IMG/VR virus record: IMGVR_UViG_3300020042_006202
Coordinates: 1 to 27,128 of that record
Length of the DNA: 27,128 nt
Source of the DNA: a virus
Lineage: Duplodnaviria; Caudoviricetes
Strand: one strand, 5' to 3'
The notes beneath the pieces were generated by a model. It ran no database searches. It saw nothing but the letters and a program-made list of their open reading frames with translations, and was not told the DNA's origin. A program made the position numbers and the translations under genes. This document shows, one piece after another, positions 1 through 9,498 of the stretch; the stretch's first letter is position 1, and every line of letters begins with the position of its first letter.

Positions 1-7
1 GAAGGAC

Positions 8-1153
8 TTGCCGTCTGCGCCGTTCGGATTTGCGCCGCCGCCGTCCAAGTGGGAACAGACCAAGGACATTCTCGCGCCGTATGTCACCGGGCCTTGGAAC
101 GCCATGACGGGGCTTATGAGCGCCGATCTGAACACGCTGCTTTACGATACAGGACCGAAGGGCCGTGAGGCGGTGGAGAACTCGTTTAACCTTGCGGGCA
201 ACCTTGCAGGCGCGTCCAGTGTCGTTCCGAAGCCACAGAATGCGCTGAACATGGGCATCAAGGCTTATCACGGCTCCCCGCACGACTTCGACGCCTTCGA
301 TATGTCCAAGATCGGCACGGGCGAGGGCGCGCAGGCTTACGGGCATGGGCTGTATTTTGCTGAGAATGAGGGCGTGGCGAGGGGGTATCGGGACAACCTT
401 TCAACTTACAAGCTCATTCAGGATTACAACAATGCGAACCCCGTAAACCGTCCCGGCCAAGTTGCTCAATGGTGGACATCTGGGATGGGTCTTGAAAAAA
501 TTGATGAGGCGCTGACAATTCTGGAGCCAAATGCAACACAGGAAATGCGGGATGCGTGGATCAAAGAGGGACAAAAACTTTTTGACCAATTCAACAACCA
601 AGGCCGCATGTACGAAGTCAACATAGACGCCGACCCCGACGCCTTCCTAGACTGGGACAAGCCGCTGAGTGAGCAGCCGGAAGCGGTGAAGAAGGTACTA
701 AGGCCAAAGATGGGCGATAGCCTAGAGGCGCAGCCGGGGCGTGACTATCTCACCGGGGAAAAGTTCTATAATTACCATTACGGAAATCAGCCGAAAGTAG
801 CATCTGAAGACCTTAAGAAGGCAGGCATCCCCGGCATCAAGTACCTAGACGCCGGGTCACGCGGCGCTGTTGACACGAACAACATTCGCGGTTCGCTGTC
901 CATGTGGGAAAGCGCGCTTAAGAAGACGCCCAACGACCCATATGCACAGCAACAAGTGGCTTCTTTGAAGCAGCAGTTGGCAGCGGCAGAGGCCCCTGCA
1001 ACCCGCAACTACGTTGTCTTCGATGACAAGCTAATCTCCATCGTCAAGAAATACGGCATTGCAGGTGCATCCGCTATGCTCGGCTACAACATTCTAGACG
1101 GCATGGACCCCGCACAGGCCGAAGAACTGCAACGCATTGAGGGCAATCAATGA
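8..1153 (+). CDS. ADP-ribosyltransferase-like (ART-PolyVal-type) domain protein; probably 5'-truncated by the window edge
   Basis: Motifs AYHGSPHDFDAFD, GTGEGAQAYGHGLYF, YEVNID, GIPGIKY, NYVVFD. The frame is open upstream of the TTG at 8. Its stop overlaps the ATG of the adaptor gene. Confidence 0.65.
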   Translation: MPSAPFGFAPPPSKWEQTKDILAPYVTGPWNAMTGLMSADLNTLLYDTGPKGREAVENSFNLAGNLAGASSVVPKPQNALNMGIKAYHGSPHDFDAFDMSKIGTGEGAQAYGHGLYFAENEGVARGYRDNLSTYKLIQDYNNANPVNRPGQVAQWWTSGMGLEKIDEALTILEPNATQEMRDAWIKEGQKLFDQFNNQGRMYEVNIDADPDAFLDWDKPLSEQPEAVKKVLRPKMGDSLEAQPGRDYLTGEKFYNYHYGNQPKVASEDLKKAGIPGIKYLDAGSRGAVDTNNIRGSLSMWESALKKTPNDPYAQQQVASLKQQLAAAEAPATRNYVVFDDKLISIVKKYGIAGASAMLGYNILDGMDPAQAEELQRIEGNQ

Positions 1154-1782
1154 CAACCCGCGCCACCATCGAAGCACAGATTGCCGACGACCTCGCGCGT
1201 TCTGACCTGTCCAACCAGATCAGCAACGCGGTTGACACGGCCATCCGGTCCTACCGTTTCGAGCGCCTTGGCTTCAATGAGGCGTACAAGGTCACGGCGA
1301 CGCTTTCCACGTCAGCCGATACGATGCTGCTGACTTCCATCTCCGTCCGTTTCCGCAAGCTGGACCGGGTTCGCATTGTCCGTGCGGCAGGGGATTACCT
1401 CGACCTGTATCACCGCGATTATGATTGGATCATGTCCCGCCAGGATGTGCGCGTAACATGCCAGCCCGTCGAGTACGCCGTATATAACAACGCCATACAT
1501 TTCGACAGCATGGCGGATCAGAACTATTCCCTGTTGTTCGACGGCCTCAAGGAGCTCGGCAACGTGTCCGCGTCCTATTCCGCTGGCGACACCAGCGCAT
1601 GGTTCACCGACGCCCGCGAACTCATCCGGCATCGTGCCAAGCGTGAGGTCTATGCCAACGTGTTGAAGGACATGGAACTCGCGGCGGCGGCGGGCGCTGC
1701 TGAAAAGGAAGCCTTGCGGATACTCAAGGCTGAACACGGCGAACAGATCAGCACGGGCTTCATTCGCCCGACCGAGTTCTGA
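1150..1782 (+). CDS. head-to-tail adaptor/connector protein
   Basis: N-terminus TIEAQIADDLARSDL...AVDTAI and late WFTDARELIRHRAK motif; lies just upstream of the gp10-like gene. Confidence 0.7.
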   Translation: MTTRATIEAQIADDLARSDLSNQISNAVDTAIRSYRFERLGFNEAYKVTATLSTSADTMLLTSISVRFRKLDRVRIVRAAGDYLDLYHRDYDWIMSRQDVRVTCQPVEYAVYNNAIHFDSMADQNYSLLFDGLKELGNVSASYSAGDTSAWFTDARELIRHRAKREVYANVLKDMELAAAAGAAEKEALRILKAEHGEQISTGFIRPTEF

Positions 1783-1784
1783 CA

Positions 1785-3245
1785 ATGCGGGTTCTCTTCG
1801 GAAAGCTGCAATCGGACCAGCCCGACCTCCTCAACGGCGACCTTGAGGAAGCGGAAAACTGCGTTCCGTACATCAACAGTTATGGCCCGTTCCCGGAGCC
1901 TGTTGGATATTCTGCCCCCGCTCCTGGCGTGGTGCGAGGAGCCTATTCCACCAAGGACTTGAGCGGAACCGTCTTCACCGTGGTTGCGACTGAAAAATAC
2001 CTGTACAAGGAAAGCAGCACGGCAATAAACGACATTTCGAGAACTGCCACTTATGCAACGGCCAACGATGGCCCCGCGTGGGAGTTCGAGACATTCGGAA
2101 ACACCGTCATTGCGGCAAACGGAGTTGACGCGCTCCAGGGTTATACCATGGGTACGGCAACACAATTCCTTAATCAGTCGGCCTCCGCGTCCGCTCCGAT
2201 TGCGCGGCACATTGCCGTTGTTCGTGACTTCCTGTTTACGGGCCACCAGCCCAACCTGGAGAACCGCGCGCAATGGTCGCGCATCAACAACCCGCTCCGC
2301 TTCGGCGTATCGCAGCGGTTTCAGTCAGACTTTCAGGACTTGCCTGGAACTGACCAGATCATCAAGAAGGTGACGGGCGGTGACTTCGGGGCCATCCTCA
2401 CCAATACATCTGTCTGGCGGGCTACCTATGTCGGGTCGCCCATTATCTTCCGCTTTGACGAGGTTGCGCGAAACGTGGGTTGCCTTGCTTCTGGCTCGGC
2501 GGCGAGGTTCCAGAACCTGACGTTCTTCCTGTCCGATTCCGGCATGTATGCCTTTGATGGACAGTCGTGTTCGCCTATTGGAATTGAACAGGTTGACGAG
2601 GCGATTGAGGAAGAAATTAACAAGTCGTTCCTTTACCGCGTCACATCCACCATTGACCCGGTAAACCGCCTTTACCTCATGGCCTACCCGTCCACGGCGT
2701 CCACGGATGGAACATGTAACCGCATCGCCATCTATTCGTGGCAAACGCAACGATGGTCATTTGCTTCGGAATCAATCGAGTTCCTATTCAATCACATGAC
2801 CTCTGGCTATACGCTGGAAGGCCTTGACGCATTGGGGACTCTTGAGACGCTGGCCTTTTCGCTAGACAGTTCGGCATGGCAGGGCGGCCTTTCTGCTCTG
2901 TCCTGCATCAACAGCAATCACGAAATTGCACGGTTTACCGGAAGCGCAAAAACGGCACGGTTCACGACGGGCGAGGCGGAACTAGTCACCGACGCCCGCG
3001 CCTTTGTGCGGTCGCTTCGGCCCCTCGTGCAGGGCAATTCATCCACCAGCGTCAGCGTCCAGGTCGGGGCGCGTGACAGGCTAGTTGATGATGTGACCTT
3101 CACGAATGCGTCCAGCATGAATGCGACGGGAACGTGTCCCGTCAGGTCAAACGCACGCTATCACCGCCTGAAAATGGAAGTGGCCGGAGGCTTTGATCGT
3201 GTCATTGGTTCAGAAGTCGAGTTCACCAAGGAAGGCGTTCGATGA
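1785..3245 (+). CDS. tail nozzle / packaged DNA stabilization protein (P22 gp10-like)
   Basis: 486 aa, beta-rich (FETFGNTVIAANG, VVRDFLF, VGCLASGS, FFLSDSGMYAFDG); position after the adaptor. Confidence 0.7.
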   Translation: MRVLFGKLQSDQPDLLNGDLEEAENCVPYINSYGPFPEPVGYSAPAPGVVRGAYSTKDLSGTVFTVVATEKYLYKESSTAINDISRTATYATANDGPAWEFETFGNTVIAANGVDALQGYTMGTATQFLNQSASASAPIARHIAVVRDFLFTGHQPNLENRAQWSRINNPLRFGVSQRFQSDFQDLPGTDQIIKKVTGGDFGAILTNTSVWRATYVGSPIIFRFDEVARNVGCLASGSAARFQNLTFFLSDSGMYAFDGQSCSPIGIEQVDEAIEEEINKSFLYRVTSTIDPVNRLYLMAYPSTASTDGTCNRIAIYSWQTQRWSFASESIEFLFNHMTSGYTLEGLDALGTLETLAFSLDSSAWQGGLSALSCINSNHEIARFTGSAKTARFTTGEAELVTDARAFVRSLRPLVQGNSSTSVSVQVGARDRLVDDVTFTNASSMNATGTCPVRSNARYHRLKMEVAGGFDRVIGSEVEFTKEGVR

Positions 3246-3610
3246 CGGCCCGCATTTTCGGCCTTAATGACCCCGGCAATGCCTTCCGCCGCACGGACGG
3301 CGCTCCGGTCAAAATCGGTGGCCTGTACAAGACCGACACGGATGACGCACAGAACACGTTCACGGATGGTCAGGGCGGCAAGTACTGGTTCGCTGACACG
3401 ACGAGCGGCAATGTCACTGTAACCCTTCCTGACGCGACGACTGTGACGGCTGACACGGTATTTACGGTCAAGCGAATTTCTGCCGGGGCCAACACGCTCA
3501 CGGTCACGACAGGCGGCGGCAACATTGACGGCTCTGCAACGCATTTGATCCCGACACAATATGCCAGTTACTCCTACGTGAGCGACGGCGAAAATTACTG
3601 GATCATCTGA
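3242..3610 (+). CDS. small tail/fibre-associated protein
   Basis: C-terminal DTTSGNVTVTLP...VKR...NTLTV...IDG...SDGENYWII domain typical of fibre-type proteins; coupled to both neighbours. Confidence 0.55.
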   Translation: MTARIFGLNDPGNAFRRTDGAPVKIGGLYKTDTDDAQNTFTDGQGGKYWFADTTSGNVTVTLPDATTVTADTVFTVKRISAGANTLTVTTGGGNIDGSATHLIPTQYASYSYVSDGENYWII

Positions 3611-4272
3611 TGAGTTATGAAAAAGACAAGCTAGACAGCTACGTGACCAGCGGGTCGCTCTCCACGGCGCTTGCGCCTTATGCGACCTCTGCCAGCGTAT
3701 CGGCTGCCATTTCAGCGGCGGTGGGGTCAATTGACCTGTCTGCCTATGTCAGTAGCAACAGCCTTTCCGCAGCGGTTGCAACAGATGTGTTGACGGTGCG
3801 CGGCACGGCGTCTGTTTCCGCGACACTTTCGGCTGGTGCCGTGACTGTTCTCGGAAGGCCGCTTGGCGCGGTTCTGCTAGGGTTCACCTCGCAGACCAAT
3901 GCGTCAAACCTTTCGTTTTCTGGTTCATGGTCTGACATTTTCGTCATGCAATTGTATATGCTCGTCGGTGCAACCGCTGCCGCGACACCTACCATAGACT
4001 TCTACACTGATGGCGGCACGACTTCTATTTTGACATTGAGGCCAGTGACAACTCTTGGCCTGAACGTCAGGGCATACTGGGATGCACAGCTATACGGCGC
4101 AAATGGGCCAATCAAGTTTGCGACGGCCCGCGCGTTTTACACGGGCAGCGGAGTGGGCGCTTCTGACTTCAGCGCGACAACCACGGCGGCGACTGTCAAC
4201 TGCGTTCGGTTCACCATCACGGCAACGGCGTCAATCGGCGTGTTTGCTCTTTACGGCTGGCGCAACACGTGA
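3610..4272 (+). CDS. tail fibre/spike-like protein
   Basis: Ser/Ala-rich N-terminal repeats (YVTSGSLSTALA, YVSSNSLSAAVA), then a beta-rich C-terminal domain ending FALYG. Confidence 0.55.
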   Translation: MSYEKDKLDSYVTSGSLSTALAPYATSASVSAAISAAVGSIDLSAYVSSNSLSAAVATDVLTVRGTASVSATLSAGAVTVLGRPLGAVLLGFTSQTNASNLSFSGSWSDIFVMQLYMLVGATAAATPTIDFYTDGGTTSILTLRPVTTLGLNVRAYWDAQLYGANGPIKFATARAFYTGSGVGASDFSATTTAATVNCVRFTITATASIGVFALYGWRNT

Positions 4273-4327
4273 GTCGCTACACTTCGCACGGGGTTTCTGT
4301 CGCTGACCTTTACGGGGGGCGCAAGGT

Positions 4328-4783
4328 ATGAAGTATTCGGTTACTGGCGTCCCGTCGAACAACCTTCACAACGTATGGAAAGATGCGTGGCACTATCTGA
4401 GCCTTGCCGTTGAGCGGTTTCCGAACGTGCCGCAGAAATACACCGAAGGCGAAATTCTCAAGGCTCTGTTCGCCCGCGAAATGCAGTTGTGGATCGGCTG
4501 GGACTATGAGCGCGACGAGACATGCGGGGCGCTGATTACCGAAATCATTCGGGATGAGAAGCATCCTGACAAGGTGTTTCTGTCCATTCCACTGCTCGGG
4601 GCCGACAACTGGAACGCCTGGGGTGACGACTTGTGGACGATGCTAAAGGCTTGGGGCGTCGAGAACGGATGCACGCATGCCTTGGGCTATGGGCGGCGCG
4701 GGTGGACGAGGCTTTATGGATTTGTAGACTGCGGCACGACAGACGGCGGACTGCCGATGTTCGTGCGTTCTCTCAAGAGGTGA
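4328..4783 (+). CDS. GNAT-fold virion-assembly protein (T7 gp13 / P22 gp14 position)
   Basis: MQLWIG...GALITEI...AWGVENGC...GYGRRGWTRL pattern; directly precedes the ejection genes. Confidence 0.55.
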   Translation: MKYSVTGVPSNNLHNVWKDAWHYLSLAVERFPNVPQKYTEGEILKALFAREMQLWIGWDYERDETCGALITEIIRDEKHPDKVFLSIPLLGADNWNAWGDDLWTMLKAWGVENGCTHALGYGRRGWTRLYGFVDCGTTDGGLPMFVRSLKR

Positions 4784-4787
4784 CAAG

Positions 4788-5612
4788 ATGGGCAAGGGCG
4801 CAAATAACAAGACGGTGCAAAAGACCACATCGGACCCGTGGGCTCCAATCCAGCCCTATCTGAAGGGTGCGTTTGGCGATGCACAGAACATCTACAAGCA
4901 AGGCGCTCCAGGGTTCTTTCCGGGCCAGACTGTCGCGGGCATGTCGGGATATTCCCGCGATGCCTTCGACGCCATGGCCAACCGGGCGAGGGGCGGGAAC
5001 CCGCTCATGGGGCAGGCGCAAGGCGAGGTCGGCAGGATTCTCAGCGGCGACTATCTGGACCCGAACAACAACCCCGGCTTTCAGGGCGCTTTGAGCGCCG
5101 CCGTCAGGCCCATCACGGACGCATTCCGCAATGAAGTGATGCCGGGGATTGACAGCAGCTTTTCGGCGGCTGGGCGGTATGGCTCTGGAATGCAGGGGCA
5201 GGCATACAGCGATGCCAATCAGGACTTGGCGCGCGGTATTGGCGACGTGTCCTCGAACATGGCGTTCAACAACTACGGCATGGAACGCGGCAACATGATG
5301 AACGCGCTCGGCATGGCTCCGGGCTTCGCCGCGAATGACTACAAGGATATTTCAATGCTTGGCCTCGCGGGGCAGGGCCTTGAAGGCTATGACCAGCGCA
5401 TGATTGACGCGGAGCGCGAGCGGTACGATTACAACGCCAACAAGGACATGAGTTGGCTTCAGAACTACATCGGAATGCTTGGCGGTGCGCCGGGTCCGTC
5501 TTCGACTTCGACAGTCAAGACGCCCGCTCCGAATCCTTGGGTTACGGCAGCGGGCCTTGGACTGCAAGGCGCAAGCATGCTCGGCGGCTTCGGCGGTCTT
5601 GGCGGCTATTAA
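4788..5612 (+). CDS. DNA ejection/pilot protein 1
   Basis: Gly/Ala/Gln/Asn/Met-rich, N-terminal TTSDPWAPIQPYL, AGRYGSG motif, Gly-rich hydrophobic C-terminus. Confidence 0.6.
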   Translation: MGKGANNKTVQKTTSDPWAPIQPYLKGAFGDAQNIYKQGAPGFFPGQTVAGMSGYSRDAFDAMANRARGGNPLMGQAQGEVGRILSGDYLDPNNNPGFQGALSAAVRPITDAFRNEVMPGIDSSFSAAGRYGSGMQGQAYSDANQDLARGIGDVSSNMAFNNYGMERGNMMNALGMAPGFAANDYKDISMLGLAGQGLEGYDQRMIDAERERYDYNANKDMSWLQNYIGMLGGAPGPSSTSTVKTPAPNPWVTAAGLGLQGASMLGGFGGLGGY

Positions 5613-5639
5613 CAGGGCTTTTACTAAGGGACCGATCAC

Positions 5640-6863
5640 ATGAACCTGATAAAGAAATTCGTGGCTGGCCTCGGCAATCAAACCGCCCCGTTTGGCTTCG
5701 CCCCCGAAGACCCGAACGCCTCTTACAAGGCGGGCTTGTCATATATTGGTGACATTGGCGCTAACCTCATGGCGAACAACCAAGGGGGCGTTGATCCGTT
5801 TGCCAACCTTGGAGCGTCCATTCAGCAGGCGAAGCAGTCCGGCACGCAGCGGAACAAAGAGGCGTATACGGCGCAGCGGCTTATGGAAGAGGCTGCGTTG
5901 AAGCGCCAGGAGCGCGAGGCGGAAGCGCAACAGCGGGCAATGATGGAAGAGCAGATTGCCCAACTTGACCCGTCATTGCAGGGGATTGCCCGCATGATGC
6001 CGGAAAAGTTCTTTGGCGCTCAGATTGAAAAGCAGTTTGGCTCTCCTAGCCTTACGACGGACCAAAGAAACTTTCAAATGGCGCAGGAAAACCCTGCGTT
6101 TGCCGGGTTCCTTGACCGCAATCGCGGCGGCGGTGACGGGTCTTCAAATTGGGGAATGAGCGTTGTACCGCTCAAGAACAGGAAGACGGGAGTTTTGGCA
6201 GCTGGGCAGTTTAATCAGGGGCAGGGCGGCATCTTTATCAATGGCGAACCCGTAGACCCCAACGAATGGGAATTTGACCCCGGCGCACTAGCACAAGACA
6301 GGGCAGAAGGAGCAATGATCGGAGGGGCTCCCAAATCCGTTATTGAGGATTACACCAAGACAACCCGTCCAGCGATGACCGCGCTTGCCGAAACCGCTAC
6401 CAGTTTGAGGGAAGCGAAGAGGTTTCTGGAGAAGGGCATTCAAACCGGAAGCATGTCTGAAACCCTTCAGGGGTTGCGAGGGCTTGGGGCGCAGTTCGGG
6501 TTTAATGTTGACGAGTCGATTTTGTCAAATACGCAGGCATATCAGAACTTCATTGGTAACACGGTCATTCCGCGAATGGCTGCGCTTGGCGGAAACGACT
6601 CCAACGAAGAATTGAGGAAGCTGTACTCGCTTTCTGGCGGCGACATCAACCAGTCGCTTTCCGCCCTTAAGGACACAATGGCCTTTATGGAAAGGCTGCT
6701 TAAAAAGAAATACGGTGTCCTAAAGGCAAGCGAGGATGTGGCCTTAAGGTACATTCCCGGACTAGCCCCCGTCCCGTTTGACGGCGAGGGCGCGGTGTCA
6801 GAAGATGTTGATTTGTCAACGATGAGTGACGCAGAATTGGAGGCATTGGCCAATGGACAATGA
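5640..6863 (+). CDS. internal virion / DNA ejection protein 2
   Basis: Helical Ala/Gln/Glu-rich composition, C-terminal DLSTMSDAELEALA; position in the ejection cluster. Confidence 0.55.
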   Translation: MNLIKKFVAGLGNQTAPFGFAPEDPNASYKAGLSYIGDIGANLMANNQGGVDPFANLGASIQQAKQSGTQRNKEAYTAQRLMEEAALKRQEREAEAQQRAMMEEQIAQLDPSLQGIARMMPEKFFGAQIEKQFGSPSLTTDQRNFQMAQENPAFAGFLDRNRGGGDGSSNWGMSVVPLKNRKTGVLAAGQFNQGQGGIFINGEPVDPNEWEFDPGALAQDRAEGAMIGGAPKSVIEDYTKTTRPAMTALAETATSLREAKRFLEKGIQTGSMSETLQGLRGLGAQFGFNVDESILSNTQAYQNFIGNTVIPRMAALGGNDSNEELRKLYSLSGGDINQSLSALKDTMAFMERLLKKKYGVLKASEDVALRYIPGLAPVPFDGEGAVSEDVDLSTMSDAELEALANGQ

Positions 6864-8535
6864 CGTTCGCGCTGCCGCTCGCAAAGAACTGCTTCGCCGC
6901 GCCGCCAAGAAGGAACTAGAGCGCCGCCGCGCAAATTCGCCCGCTTCGCCTCCCGTTGTCTCCGCGTCAGAACCGGAAATGTCGTGGAGCGATATGGGCA
7001 TGGATATGCTCAAGGGAGGAGCTACCGGGCTAATTAAGGGGGCAACCAGCCTTGCTGGTGGCATCGGTGACGCTCAACAAATGACGGGTGATGTTCTTGA
7101 GTGGGGCGCTGGCAAGCTTGGCCTTTCTCCCGAAGTGCAAACCGCTGCAAAGTCTTTTGGCCAACGGCTGGCGTTCCCCGGAATGGGCAAAATGCCAACG
7201 GGTGAAATGCTCCGCAAGCCCGTTGAAGATGTTGTCGGGCCGTTGCCGGAAGCCAAGTCTCTCCCTGGCCAAATCGTCCAGCGGATTGGCGAGTTTGCGC
7301 CCGCTGCTATTGGTGGCCCGGGAACGCTTGCTCGCAAGGCGGCGATGACTGTTGCGCCTGCTGTAACAAGCGAGCTTGCGGGGCGAATCCCTGGCGTGGA
7401 GGGGTCCGCATATCAGCCGTATGTAGAGACTGCTGTTGGCCTCGCAACTGGCCTTCCTATTGCTGGCGGCGGCAAGGGCAATGCGCTGAAAGACATGCGT
7501 GAAAGCGCAATGGTCAAAGCACGCGATGCAAAAGGAAACGTGACCGAGAGGTTTTCTGACACGACTGAAGCCTTGGCCGAAATGGGAACAAGGGTTGATG
7601 ACGCATACGGCGCAATTGACAAGGCCGGTATTGTTTTTGATGGCAACTCTGTCAAAAGCGCGGCGATGAAAATCAAGTCCGGGCTTGCGAAGCGCGGATG
7701 GACAAAGGCGTCCAGTGGGCCAGAGGCACAACTGCTGAACCGGGTTGACGATCTGCTTAAGCCGCGCAAGGTTGCCGGGTGGACAACCGTTGACAAGATA
7801 TTGTCGGAAGCCAAGAAAATCCTTCGAAGCAATGTTGACGATACAACGAAAGGCAATGTTGGCGTTTTCGTTAAAAATCTTGAGGCGCTTGTGAAGTCTG
7901 GCAACATTACATCGCGCGGTGGACTGTCACGCTCGGAGATTAACACAAAAATCGACGAGGCGCGCGATTTGGCCAAGCGAGAGATTGTCGGAAAGCAAAT
8001 TGCAGGAATGAAAGAAAAACTGCCCGGGTATCTGGTGGGAGACGAAGGAGCTTTCCGCAATCAATTCGGTTCGTATTTCAAGACAGGGAAGGCGAAGTCG
8101 CTTTCTGGTGCTGAGAAGGAAGCGTTTGGCAAAGTTGTGCGGCGTGAGGGCTTGCTTGGGCTGGCTCACAATTCGGCAAGCCGCATTGGTCAAATTGCTG
8201 GCGGTGTTGGCGGTGGCGGTATTGGAGCACTTGTCGGATCGGCGCTTGGACCGCTTGGGACGGCCATCGGGGGCGTTGTTGGTGCGGCGGGGACTGCGGC
8301 AACGCAAGCCGGGTTCCGCAAGATGATGGACGCCATAACTGAAAAGGCCGTTGACGATGCCCTAAAGACCGTTCTTGCGGGCCGCAAGGCGCAGGGTCAG
8401 GCTGTGGCAAAGGAACAGGTTGAAGCCCTACGGGCGACGATCCGCGCCGCCTTGACCTCTGAGGCGGCGACTCGCCCGGTTCGGGAGGACTGGTTCATCC
8501 AAGACGCTAACGGTCGGACGTACAACGCCCCGTGA
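6853..8535 (+). CDS. internal virion / DNA ejection protein 3
   Basis: ATG at 6853 after GGAGG; Ala/Gly/Lys-rich with a glycine-zipper segment (GGVGGGGIGALVGSALGPLGTAIGGVVG). Confidence 0.55.
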   Translation: MDNDVRAAARKELLRRAAKKELERRRANSPASPPVVSASEPEMSWSDMGMDMLKGGATGLIKGATSLAGGIGDAQQMTGDVLEWGAGKLGLSPEVQTAAKSFGQRLAFPGMGKMPTGEMLRKPVEDVVGPLPEAKSLPGQIVQRIGEFAPAAIGGPGTLARKAAMTVAPAVTSELAGRIPGVEGSAYQPYVETAVGLATGLPIAGGGKGNALKDMRESAMVKARDAKGNVTERFSDTTEALAEMGTRVDDAYGAIDKAGIVFDGNSVKSAAMKIKSGLAKRGWTKASSGPEAQLLNRVDDLLKPRKVAGWTTVDKILSEAKKILRSNVDDTTKGNVGVFVKNLEALVKSGNITSRGGLSRSEINTKIDEARDLAKREIVGKQIAGMKEKLPGYLVGDEGAFRNQFGSYFKTGKAKSLSGAEKEAFGKVVRREGLLGLAHNSASRIGQIAGGVGGGGIGALVGSALGPLGTAIGGVVGAAGTAATQAGFRKMMDAITEKAVDDALKTVLAGRKAQGQAVAKEQVEALRATIRAALTSEAATRPVREDWFIQDANGRTYNAP

Positions 8536-8790
8536 TGCTGCTCGGCTGTTCCACGGCAAATGACGACGCCATCCGTAAGGAATGCCCGCCTTCCTGAGTG
8601 TGGCATATTCAGCGCGGCGAACGTGTCGATATGTCCACCAGTCGTAAATCTGAAACGGGAACACGGTTAGGGCGTAAGCGACCATAAAGGCCCACGCCCC
8701 CGCAATATAGCCGTTGTCTGTCAGGCCAAAATGGATGTTTGCAGAAAGAACGGCGAACATCACCATTCCCTGGAATATTCTCCAAAGCAT
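8428..8790 (-). CDS. antisense small membrane protein (moron; possible superinfection exclusion)
   Basis: Two hydrophobic segments and a basic tail; fills the gap after the last ejection gene; ATG at 8790 chosen as start. Confidence 0.45.
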   Translation of the reverse strand: MLWRIFQGMVMFAVLSANIHFGLTDNGYIAGAWAFMVAYALTVFPFQIYDWWTYRHVRRAEYATLRKAGIPYGWRRHLPWNSRAASRGVVRPTVSVLDEPVLPNRASRRLRGQGGADRRP

Positions 8791-8829
8791 TCTCCCCCCA
8801 TACCACAGGAGCCTTACGCATGGCAAATC

Positions 8830-9465
8830 TTAACGCTGTGGGCGGGAAAAACGGGGCAGCGTTAAAGCTTCCTCCGCTGTCCATCCTAGCCTCTGGACAC
8901 GGCATTGAATTGTCTTTGCGTCTATCCCGACAATAGGAGCCCAGTCTGCGGCAATCATTGATTTTCCGTTGAGTTCAAGGAAGACGTTGTTCTTAAGGTT
9001 GCGCTGCTGTTCTTTTGGCAGCGCCCATCGGCAGTTATCAGGGCTGTAGCCTTTTGTCCCATCGATCCTGTCAATGGTGTGCTTTGAAGATGGTTTTTCC
9101 CCCATGTCCGCAAGGAAATTCTCAAAGGATTGCCATCGGTCACAAACCGTAATTCCACGGCCTCCATACTTGTAATACGCCGCAGAAGATGGGGTTTGGC
9201 ATCTGGACTTCATGCTTAGCCATACTTTGTATTCAGCGGTTTTTGTCAACCCGTGAGTACGGGTGACGCGCATCAACACTTCTTTTGTGTAGCAACCACA
9301 AGAGGCAACGCCTGGGTAGCGAATCCATTTTGCATCGCGGGTAACGTGTGTCCCGCAGTCACAAACGCAATCCCACATAACGGGGCCGTTTGGTTTTTCG
9401 CGGTTGCGGCCAAGAACAAGTAACCGCCCAAGGCGCTTTCCGGTCAGGTCAATAAGTTTTGGCAT
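8830..9465 (-). CDS. HNH homing endonuclease
   Basis: DLTGKRLGRLLV...WDCVCDCG...SCGC, MKSRC, YGGRGITVCDRW, HTIDRID...YSPDNCRWA...QQRN motifs; oriented against the late operon. Confidence 0.85.
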   Translation of the reverse strand: MPKLIDLTGKRLGRLLVLGRNREKPNGPVMWDCVCDCGTHVTRDAKWIRYPGVASCGCYTKEVLMRVTRTHGLTKTAEYKVWLSMKSRCQTPSSAAYYKYGGRGITVCDRWQSFENFLADMGEKPSSKHTIDRIDGTKGYSPDNCRWALPKEQQRNLKNNVFLELNGKSMIAADWAPIVGIDAKTIQCRVQRLGWTAEEALTLPRFSRPQR

Positions 9466-9498
9466 TTGCCGAAGCTACAGGTAAATGGAGATAAAATT

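Noticed and set aside
8830-8865. 9-bp inverted repeat TTAACGCTG/CAGCGTTAA as an IS end or CtrA box
   Set aside because: Both arms lie at the same end of the element, there is no transposase, and the spacing does not fit TTAA-N7-TTAA. Function unknown.
9454-9477. ORF track start at 9466 (MPKL mirrored on both strands)
   Set aside because: It arises from an imperfect inverted repeat. The RBS supports 9499, and on the HNH mRNA the hairpin has two C-A mismatches, so start-codon sequestration is unconvincing.
8830-9498. HNH insert as a self-splicing intron
   Set aside because: The insert is almost entirely ORF, leaving no room for a ribozyme core, and the fibre gene has its own RBS and start.
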